The notes beneath the pieces are model-generated. The model made no database searches, had not been told where the DNA came from, and saw nothing but the letters and a program-made list of their open reading frames with translations. A DNA stretch of 64,000 nt from Hydrolagus affinis (Eukaryota). The stretch lies in NCBI GenBank assembly GCA_012026655.1, contig JAAILG010001070.1, forward strand, positions 1 through 64,000, given 5' to 3'. A program made the translations under genes and the position numbers. Positions 11,790-22,900 of this stretch are shown here, piece by piece; within the stretch, counting starts at the first letter, position 1, and the number at the start of each line of letters is the position of its first letter.

Positions 11790-12120
11790 AGGTAGGGACA
11801 AGGGCAGGGGCGGGGGAGAGGTCGGGGCAGGATGAAAAAGAGTAGGAAAATTGACTGTGGTGTCCCACAAACAGTTGCGGAAATGGGGCCAGGGGAGAGA
11901 GGAAAAGAGGGTAAGGGGGGAGAGGGAGGGAAAGGTGGGGTGGGGGTAAAGTCAGGGAGGAAGAGGGGTTGAGAAAGGGGGATAAGGGAGAGAGGGAGGG
12001 AAAGGTGAGTGGGGTGCAAGATCAGGGAGGAAGGGGGGAAAGAGGGAAGAGGGAGGGAAGAGGAAAAGGGAGGAGAAAGTGGGGAAAGGGAGTGAGGAAA
12101 GAAGAAGGGAGGGAATGGCC
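11790..12120 (+). repeat. Polypurine G/A-rich tract
   Basis: About 330 nt strongly G/A-biased with many GGG runs. Confidence 0.8.
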
Positions 12121-12269
12121 AAAAATCAATAAATATAACAATAACTGTTATTATATTTGTTAATAATTAAATGGCCATGTGTTGTGTTTGGCTCTGAGCT
12201 GAGAGTCCAAAGTGGTTATTGCCCCTGTATGTGGTGCACACACAGCAGGTGAGCTCAGGTGTGGGCAGG

Positions 12270-12700
12270 TACCCACAATGCAAATCTGCCCCTCCCCACC
12301 CAAGACTCTCAGCCAATAGAGGCCAGGATTGGGCCAGGGTGGCTTTCGGTCAGGTGGCCAATGGGAGCGGTGGGTGTTGGTTTGAAGGCTGTCGCTGATT
12401 GGTGGAAAGCTCCCGACCCGGCTCTCGGTGTGACCGTTACAGAAGCTACAGCCCCGGCCTCGCCTCACAGCCAGTCACCGCCTGTCAGCCCCGATCCTGT
12501 CTGCTTCACAGCTCCACCGGCGCCACGGCCACCGGTAGGTGAGTGAGAGCCTCGCGGCGGCCGGCCCCGAGCTGCCGGCTGTTGAGACGCCGAGGCCGCG
12601 CTGCTTGTTTGGGGAGCGAGGCTGCCGGTGGGGGGGGTGGGAGGCCTGACCCGGCATCTGATTGCATCATCCAATAGCTGAGCTCGCGGCGCGGGGCTGG
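12270..12700 (+). promoter_or_regulatory. IARS1: IARS1 CpG-island promoter and non-coding exon 1
   Basis: GC/CpG-rich; octamer ATGCAAAT 12278-12285; CCAAT boxes at 12313, 12328(rev), 12358, 12398(rev); exon-1 donor TAG|GTGAGT after 12538. Confidence 0.75.
12661..12669 (-). promoter_or_regulatory. C/EBP-ATF response element (CARE/AARE)
   Basis: ATTGCATCA (TGATGCAAT) about 120 nt into IARS1 intron 1; cytosolic aaRS genes are established ATF4 targets. Confidence 0.6.
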
Positions 12701-12768
12701 AGATGTGGTGCTCAGGCAACGAGAGGCTCAACAGACATCAGTTCCATTGGACAGTGAAGATCCTGGCT

Positions 12769-12790
12769 CACACACACACACACACACACA
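12769..12790 (+). repeat. (CA)n microsatellite
   Basis: 11 CA units. Confidence 0.9.
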
Positions 12791-12886
12791 GAGAGTCCTG
12801 GTCAACAATCTCCAGATAAATCGGTCCTTCATTTGCTGACCGTTTTCAGTACCTGATGTGCAAATAGCTGCTTAAAGTTATTATTG

Positions 12887-13197
12887 ATAATAATGCTTAC
12901 TTTTGATAGCGTGTTATCACATCCTGGAGATATCTCAAAGTGCTTCACAGAATACAGTATAATGTAGTGTGAAGTGAATTGACTTGTCTGTTTTGCGGGT
13001 CAAAAGCATGGATTAAGTAAACAAATTATAATTCTTTGTTTGAAGGGATTGTTAACCCCGGAAAAGTGATCTGCCGATCGATTAACACCTGGGTTGCTAC
13101 TTCCTGCGTGTGGAGTAAGAAACTCGCCTCACCTTTCTGCCTGGGGATCAAACCCGCCTGTCTTGCGAGGCGAGCGCGCTAACCACGACAGGACTCC
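12887..13197 (-). mobile_element. tRNA-derived SINE, degenerate full-length copy
   Basis: Tail at 12887 and reverse-complement tRNA head ending ...caggactcc at 13197. Confidence 0.7.
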
Positions 13198-13923
13198 AAT
13201 GTCTCGTTGTTTTGTCGAACTTCCTTTCTTTTTACTCTAGTAGTTTTAATTTATTGCTGATTTGCAAAGATCAATAGTTGTCCATTTGAAACCTTTCAGA
13301 ATTTTGAACACCTGAATTAGATCCTCTCCCATGAATGCACTCAAAAGCACTGACTAGACTTTTCAAATACTGTAGTGTCAGTTGTAGTTTGAAAAGTTCT
13401 TTTGATGTTTTCTGTTGCACTTGACAGGTGCACAAGTAGATTTTAATTCCTGAAAGACACGTTTGGCAAATATTAATTTGGGTTTAGATTTTGATGGGAT
13501 TAATTAAGGATGGAGAGAGAGGAAGGCAAATCCACCCCAATATCCAGCTCGGACAGGTTTGGTAACGGAGTAGTTTATAAGTTTATAGCCAGACCACAAG
13601 ACCGCTTCAAGGCGTTTAGTAAATCCTCAGAATGTTTAAACTGCCTAATATGCATCTTGTCATATCTGAGGGCTATAGGGTGATTGCTTCCCACCAGTAT
13701 TCCACTTGGACGTATGTCCTAAGGAATGTGATGCCGAGGCAAGCAATCTGGTTAAGTAACCAGAAGTATTCTGTCTATAACGCTATAGGGAGGCAGCGCT
13801 CAGATAATATCTTGTGTGAGGGGTCCAATATAACTGCTGTAGTCGGATGTTGACGTTTTCTGCAGTGTTCACCAATATTAAATACTCTTTAATATTTTCA
13901 CTCCCAATCAGGTACCATAAAGA

Positions 13924-16900
13924 ATGGTTCAGCCAGTGCCAGAGACTATTAACTTCCCCGCAGAGGAAGAGCGAATCCTTCAGATTTGGAAACAACTGGA
14001 TTGTTTTCAGGAATGCTTGAAACAGTCCAGAAACCGCCCTAAGTGAGTGAGAGTGTTGGGTTTGATGAAATTGGTACAGTAGTGTGTTCTAATGAATACT
14101 TTCAGTGAGTAATCTAATGCACAACTACTGTTACACTTGACAGGTACACATTTTATGATGGACCTCCTTTTGCCACTGGTCTTCCTCATTATGGGCATAT
14201 ACTCGCCGGGACAATAAAAGATATAGTGACGAGATACGCTCACCAGAATGGGTTTTACGTAGAGAGAAGATTTGGATGGGATTGTCATGGCTTACCTGTG
14301 GTAGGTTTCCAAAAAGTGTTAACCCAATCGAGAATGGTTATTGTATTTATTGTATTTTTTTGAGGGGGTAGGGGGGAGGGTGGGGGGGGGGGGGGTTGGT
14401 GGAGAACCACACTAGTCCTATGTCAAATTTAAAAAATTTAAGTTTATCATCAAAACCCATTTAAAAAAAACTTGGAATCACATTGACCTTTACAACAGGA
14501 GTACGAGATCGACAAGATGCTGGGAATAAAAGGACCTGAAGATGTGGCAAAAATGGGGATTGCTGAGTACAACAAGCACTGCCGAAACATAGTTATGAGA
14601 TACTCAGATGAGTGGGAGGTAAGTACATTAACCCATGATGTATTGAAACAGAATTAGGAAAAAAAGGAAGCATTGAATAGGCTTCAAACAATATGAACTC
14701 ATCAATGTACCTTTTCACATTAACTGTTTTGTAAATGTATTTTTATTGTTTTGAACCATAGAAAATAATATCAAAGAAGGACATTTAGCCCACAGTGTCT
14801 GTGCTGACTCTTTGACAATTATGGAGCACTAAAACAGCCTTCAGGGACTTTAGTATTTATTTCTTTATTATGTCTGATTTCATGTGCTATGAAATCAAGC
14901 TATTTAATGGTGTTCTAAAGTATTATAAAGCAAAAGTTTGTTTTTTTGCTTATTTTTATTACTAGACCTCTGTCACCCGATTAGGACGCTGGATTGATTT
15001 TAAGAATGATTATAAGACCCTGTACCCTTCATTCATGGAAACTGTCTGGTAAGTCTTGTTGATAAAGCAACAGTAGATTTTATTTTTATTGAAACCACAG
15101 ATTTAATGGAAATTTTGTTTGTTGACAAGTAATGGTTGGAAGATGTACTTCAGAAACATACACGTGTGATGTCTCAGTACCATTCCAGTGGTTTTACAAT
15201 CTGGAGATATTGAAGTTTTTATCTTGATGGGTCCTTCTTAAATATTCCATTCATAATTTTAATATGAGCTGCATTTCATTTGAAAGAAAGGTGAAGCTTA
15301 TGGAGTAATACGTTTGTAGTTTAAAAGGTTTGTAGAAATTCAATACCACCTCCTCACTGTTATCTTCTATCCCTCTGGATATAAAGCCCAGGATCCCATT
15401 GGCCTTTTGTATGCCCTTACCTACTTGTGTACTTCCAGAGATTTAAGGCTTTGAATCCCCATATGTTGCTGCACCTCTATTCTTGGGTTTAATTCATTCA
15501 GCCAAGGAATGGGGATGCGATGCAAACAGAATAATTTTACAGATGTGAATTTGGAGAACTTCAAATGTGTTACTGTTAACTACATATAAGTATCATTGTG
15601 CGCACATTTTGTCCTGAATTTTTACTGCATCTGGATATCTGTCCATTATTTAGGTGGGTGTTCAAACAATTATACGACAAGGGTCTGGTTTACAGAGGAG
15701 TGAAAGTTATGCCATTTTCTACTGCATGCAACACTCCACTCTCCAACTTCGAATCGCATCAGAATTATAAGGTGAGCATTACTTTGAATTATTATTCTCT
15801 AACCCTGTAGGAGAGACATTTGCTAATGTACAACGACAATATAATAACAACTTGCACTTATATAGCGCCCTCCACGCAGGGTAACGTCTCAGAGCGCTTA
15901 ACAGTGTCGGACCCTAACTGAATTTTTGGTGTTGCTGAGCCTCATGTTCACAGGAGTCAGTGTAAATCTATTTTTTTTAAATGCAATCTTCAAGTGTCAG
16001 GATGGTGTTCACCTGTGTGTGAAGTGTGTATGTTCTCCCAGGTGGGGGGGGTGGGTGGGGGTTCATAATCAGAGAGATGGGGCATGTGGATTTCTGGAAT
16101 TTAGAAACAAGAGATTTGCTGTTCAGCCCTTCGAGCCTCTAAACTACAAAACATGGAATTTCAGTGATAACATCAAAATTATATTTGTACAGCAAACCAC
16201 ACAATTACAGAGATGCTATGATAGCCGTAGTTTATGCATTGGACCTTGGGGCCACATTCCAGTTTAATTAACTGTTTTATTTTTTTTACCCTCCCAGCTT
16301 GTTTAAAATGAATTGATTTGTATTTGAGAGACTATCTAATACAGAGATTCATTTAATGATATGTCATTAATTTAGTAGAAATTAATTTGGTTCATTTGGG
16401 TTTATGGAATAAATAGCTGTATATTCTATTGTATAATAGTTTATAAGGTGTTCTACTTGCAATTTAAGTGGGATCCTCTCAACACAAAAGGTGCTTTAAA
16501 AATATAATATTGTATTTACAGTTCATACACCTGCCTCTAGATCATATAAAGCTGCAGTGATAGTTTGTGGTTGGCTACATTTTTATATTTTGTTCTAATG
16601 TTTGCAGGATGTTCAAGATCCTTCTGTTATTGTGACCTTCCCGTTAGAGGAGGATCCTAATGTATCCTTGGTTGCTTGGACAACAACACCATGGACCTTA
16701 CCCAGCAACTTGGCTGTGTGTGTCAGCCCAATATTCCAATATGTAAAGATCCAAGGTAAGCCTTGAGTCTCTGTTGGTGTGCACAACCGCTGTGAGGCTT
16801 CTTTGTAACTCAATGATATTTTCAATGAATCTTATGATCAGGACTTTGCCCAGTAGGGAGTGGCAGGTGGAGACCCCAGGCTCACAATGCTATGGGCAGC

Positions 16901-19900
16901 CCTGATATGGGTTTCCCCAATAACCGCTATTAGCAGGACGTCTGATTGTGTCAGGGGATGTGGTGTCAGCCTGGCTTAGCTGATAGCACTCTCGCCTCTC
17001 AATCAGAAGGTTGTGCAAGGATTATTATTATTATTAAACCAAAGTCCTGTCTGCCTGTACAGTTAGACATTAGTAGATCGCATAGATTCTGCCATTTGAA
17101 AAGAGAATGGGGTTTTTTCTGTTGTCCTGGCCTACAATCCGCAAATATCCGGGTCATTCCCTGTTTGTTTGTTATGCGCAAATTAGTTGCCATGTTTTAC
17201 ATGCAAAAGAGTCATTACATTTTAAATCTTGAGACACACTTTGAGAGGTTCTCCCAGTGTGAAAGTCGCTACCAAAAAATGCAATGATTATTTATTGTTC
17301 TATTGTGGCCCTCAAAAGAAAATTCTAGATATGTTTCTTGTCTCACCTCTTCAATGATCTTATTCAGTGATTCATTGTTCCATCTCTTTAAGATAACTCT
17401 ACAGGAAAAGTCTACATAATGATGGAAGCCAGGCTGGTAGCTCTCTTTAAATCTGAGGGGGAGTACACAATTCTGGACAGGTTAGTGCAATTGCTATTCA
17501 ATTCAAGTGCGATACTTGTTTTGGTTGTACATTAAGAAAATGTCTTAATTACCAATTGGTCTTGTTGAGGCTTTGTCTGCGGATAATTCGAGGATATTTT
17601 GGCTGCTAAAAATGTATCTTTTATTTCTCCCATAGATTCAAGGGTATTGATCTGAAAGGCAAGAAATACAAACCATTGTTTGATTATTTTTTAAAGGTAG
17701 GATTGAGTTAATGCCTCTGGCTGAAATTACTACTGTTTTAATGCTGATTATTGGTGTGCAATACACACTACCAGAAAGATTTACAGAGACTACTTACTTA
17801 ACAAAACCTGGACTATATGTACAAGGGAATTTCACGCTGATCCAACTAAAAATCACAGCCAAGAATAGTAATTAATGTGTGCAACAATGTAGTGCTTGAC
17901 ATAACCTTCAGGAGCTTTTTAATAAAGAAACACACAATGTACCAGTGTTTCCCTGACCCCTTGAGGGAGCCAACTCGCCTACAAATATATACAGTCAATT
18001 TACTTTACAGTATATTCTGTGAAGCGCTTTGGGACGTTGATAAGATGTGGAAAGCGCTATATCAAATGCAAGGATTATTATTATTATTATTAACTGTTTT
18101 TGTTCAAGAAAGCGTAAATTCATTGGTTTTATTTTGCAACAATCTGTGATGTATTATGTCTTCATGTTTAGTTTTTAATCAATAAAGTAAATTAATGAAG
18201 TGAGTCAAATGTGCCTCTCATAGCACCAATAACTCGCAAGTTTCGGCCATGCTAATTAGGTACATCTTCATCTTAACTGTGTTAACTGTTCCATTATGTT
18301 CCAGCTCAAATTACACATTCAAGTGAGGAAATGGAACAGTTTGTTCGTTCCAATCTTCCACCTATTTCGGCGTAAAATATGCCCAAACTTCCTTCAGTGT
18401 TTTTAAGAAGTGGAACCCCACATATGATGGCGCCCATGTTAGTGGGTGTGCTGTTATCAACCACATTTTGTAGTGATTGCTGAAGTGCATTTTTTTGTAG
18501 CATTTGAAACTTGACTGTGACTGACAGCAGAGCTGACTGATTCATTCCTGCAGCAGCTGAGAGCATCTCATTCACATTCTGTTCCTCTCCACTAAATAAA
18601 CTTGTTGCAGTTAAGACCGTGAAATAGTTTTATAGTGAATTCAATTCTGAGGCCTGAGATTAATCACACTGGACATTGGTGTTCAATAAGAAACAATATA
18701 AGCTCCAGTCGGCAGTGTTGCTGGTGCATGAGTTTATTCTGGCTATTTTATTTTAGAATGTTAAAGGAACAAGTTATTAATTACGGCTAGCATATTTTGC
18801 AAAACTTTGAATTATTTTTTTAATTCAATTTGTTTAATAATGTTAGAATATGACAGATTAGCTGGTCTGAAATTGGAGAGAATATATTTAATATCACACA
18901 TAATTACCTGATTCTGGAGAGAGCAAGTGTCAACACTGTTCATCAGTCTTCATTTTCCCATGTGTACGTACACCTTTTCTATTAGTTGTAAGAAATCGTA
19001 TACCAAAACGGATTGATTGGTGTGCTTTAGTAAGTTCTCTAGCATGTTGCATGTAGGTGGCTACAACTAATTATGCTATTGTTACAGAGCAAAGAGAGTG
19101 GAGCCTTCACTGTGTTGGTGGATACATATGTGAAAGAAGAGGAAGGAACCGGGGTGGTGCACCAGGCTCCTTACTTTGGGGCAGTGAGTACATTTACTTA
19201 ATGCTTCTTACATTTGAGATTGGAGTTTCTTTATATTGGAGTAAGTATCACATCTTTTTCTGGAGCACAGTGTAGCAACTGCTGCTTATTAGATATCTGG
19301 CCGGCAAGGTCAAAGCAAGAAATAATTGATTAAATTGGAGTCTCGGTCTGCTGTGGGGTCTGACACTGTGGTTTTTGCAGGACGATTTCCGTGTCTGTGT
19401 TGATTACGGCATTATCCAGAAAGATTCCACACCTGTTTGTCCTGTGGATGCATCGGGTTGTTTCACAGCTGAAGTGACGGACTTTGCTGGACAATATGTG
19501 AAGGTTAGTGGTTGGGGAGTTTTTCACTGTCCTAATGTATAGTTTGCTTTCTTTATATGCCATAAAGAAAGTTTTTTAAAAATTATGTCTCAATGGGTTT
19601 TTGAAATTGTTTGCCTTCACTTCATCGGAACGTTCGTGCAATATGATGTCGAGACTTTTTTTTCATAGTTTTGATTGAAAAATCTTGCACTGTTACTCTC
19701 TTAGGATGCAGACAAGTACATCATTAAGTATCTGAAAGCTAAAGGACGAATGGTTCACAGCAGCACCTTCAAACATAATTACCCATTTTGCTGGAGGTGA
19801 GTGACATGATCAAGTGAGTAGCTTCTATTGTGTGTGGAGAATTGCCCAGTGCAGTTCAATCAGTCAATACCATTATAATACATAGGAGGAAAGAGAGGCT

Positions 19901-22900
19901 TTTCAGTTCCTAAGGGGGTGGGGGGGGGGGGGGGTTAGCACAATGGTAATGGTATCCCAGAAAACAAAACCAAGCAAGTAAATCAGCTAATTGTGTAATT
20001 GACCAAATGACCCATTAAATTGCTTTGGTAAATTTGACAATTGCCCTTTCGGACCACTTGGTGGCAGTATACCATTGAAAGTTGAGCTCTTTTGTCCCAG
20101 TGATATAAATAGTGATGTCCTGACATGTCTTTTATTACTATAAGGTGAATTATTTGAATCTAGTCCAGTTCTCCAGTGGTATTCGGTCATCTGCTTTTCT
20201 AACAAATTTAACCTTTCATTTTCCTTGAAAAGGGACATTAGTTCTGCCTAGGTTGGCCCTGGGACCTTTTGAAAGTTGCCTTTCACTTGTTGTTTTGTGA
20301 TCTGTTAAGCCAACAACTTATATTAGCATAGCTTGTGCTTTGGTTATGAAAAATCTTGGCAGTCTAGGTAATAAAATATTTTAAAAAAATACCTTAATGT
20401 GTTTTTTTGTTGAAATTTTGTAAATTTACACAATTTTAATATTTCTTGTGGTTCATTTAAAATCTATAAAGGTGGAAAATAATGATCTTCATTAATCAAA
20501 GAAAATTGAACATTTCAGAAATACTGAATGTGAGCTCAGCGTCAGATGCAAAAGCTTATTTTGTAGCCAAGGTTTAAACACAACCTTCATATAATTCAGG
20601 TGGAGAAATGGCAATTGAAGAATCATTAAATAAAACATCCCATCATTGTGTAATAAATGATGCTTCATTTATTACACAAAGTTTTTTCTGTATTATGGTT
20701 GATCTGTCTTGTACAATGAGGAAATGGTCAATGTTTTTATTCAATTGGTAATATATATACATATATATACAGTATATTGTATGACATAAGCACAGTGGTT
20801 GTAAATCTGGTGAGATGTATATGACAATAAATGCCTGTTCCTAACAGCAGTTTCACAGCCTATTGCAACAAAAACAGAAATCACTGGGAACACTCAGCAG
20901 GTTAAGTAACGATTTCTGTTTCAGATTTCCAGCAGATGTAGTATTTAGTGTTTCTGTCACAGCCGAATGCCCCTGTTTTGTTTCTTCAGGTCAGATACGC
21001 CACTCATTTACAAAGCTGTGCCAAGTTGGTTTGTGCGAGTTGAACACATGGTGGATAAATTGGTGGAGAACAATGGACAATGCTACTGGTAATGTATTAC
21101 CTGAATGCTTCCATCTTTTGGTGGTAATTTTGTGTCCAAAAAAAAGGGAACAGGGAAATTAGTGGAATTGGTTAAAAGGCAGATTTAAACTTCTTTGTGC
21201 ACTGCTGCTTATTGAGGATCACTCCTCATTCTTAACAATAATAATCCTTACAGTTGGTACAATGCCTTAGCACATCAGAACAACGTCATCAATCTCAAAA
21301 TGCTCCTCGGGGTTCACTGAATTACAGGATATTTGGAGGTAACTATTTTTACGGTTTAAGGTGGTATAAAGTGATCTTTCTGATATGATTTAGTACAGTG
21401 TGGGCTAACTGAAAGAACTCTTTTACAACATTCTCCTACTGGAATAAGGAAAAACAAGCTTACAACACCATTCTTTCCTTGAGTGCTTTGGGATGTCCTC
21501 CCCATGTGAGAGGCTCTTGTTTTAATCTTGCACCTGAGCTGTTATGACTCTGCACCAGGGTACTGGATTTATATCGTTCAGAGGAAATCACACTATGTAA
21601 ACCCACTGTTTGCCATCACTGTATTTGCTTTCAGTTGAATCCTGTGGGTTTTGTGTGCTGAATAAATCTTTATGTATAGATTTGTTTATGGTGACATCGT
21701 GAATTTTTGGGAGTGATATTTTTATAATCCAAGTTGGAGAGAAGTTACAAATCATTAGCTTATTCTCACAGGGTGGGGAAGAGAAGTGTTTTCGGTGAAC
21801 TTTACACTGAATCCTCTTGCAGAGGAGTTTAAAGATAGAATTGTTGCTCTCTTGAATCACCCAGCAGTTCACACGACCCAGTTGTGTTGTAATGGGCCTT
21901 TCAAATCGGGAGGACGTCCCAAGGCGCTGGATAGTCTAAATGTTTCAGACCCGAGCTGGGTCATAACCCATGTTATGAAATTGCTTGGGACATGTGGTAT
22001 ATGAAATCACCCATTTCAGCGACTTGCTCTTAGAAAATCTAATCAAAAATCTTTCCAAAGCACCAGTGGGAATTTCTTTAAAGCCCACACTTACTGACTA
22101 TAGCTAATCTATGGAAATTTAAAGCTCTATTTCCCTTCTCTGCAGAGGTAGATTCTCCAGTTTTATATTTTCTTCCCTGCCTGGAATTAGTATCTGTTTC
22201 TTCTGAATTTGTTCTCACATGGGAAGCCTCCAGCTGCTTGAAGTATTGTATATTTTATTTACGTTGGGGAGCACTAGCTATATCCTAATGTCTTCAAAGT
22301 GGAGTCATGTGTATGCACGTTCAAATCCAATGAATTCATGAATGTTTAATTTGTTCTCGTTGTTGGTAAATTACAAAAACGTGAAAGGAAAAAACTGCTG
22401 AGCCGAGAAGCTTTCATTTCACTGACTTAAACATGATTTCTTTTCATTTCAGTGCTTGTTTTGGACCTTTGCCCAAAATCAAATACCCGTAACTCCAGCT
22501 GTAAAGTTTTGTGCACACGATTCTGAAGTTAAACCAGAACTTTACTTGGGGAATATTTTTTGTGCCAAGTTAAATAGTCCACAGGCAGAGCTATGATGTT
22601 TTTAAAATTGCAATTTTTTTTGGAAAAACCCCCAGCATAGACCATAATATCATGGACCTGGGAGTCACGAGGGGGCTATTTAGAGTTGAACTGGCTCCAA
22701 GCTGACAATAATGTTTAACAACCGGAATTGCCCCAGCCCTCTGATGGTCTCCAGTCCGGTTCCTGAGCTCAGCGTGTCCACAGTATTCCAGGGCTCACAC
22801 TCCTGATGATATCCCAGCCCTGCCCATCGGTAGGATCTGGAAGGGCAGACCAATCACTGCGGGGCAGGGAATCATCCCACTACAGCTCCTGTTAACCCTG

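Noticed and set aside
18420-18580. Possible SNORA84-like H/ACA RNA (CAGCAGCTG plus ACA)
   Set aside because: Only a short motif resembles SNORA84; no convincing two-hairpin/H-box architecture
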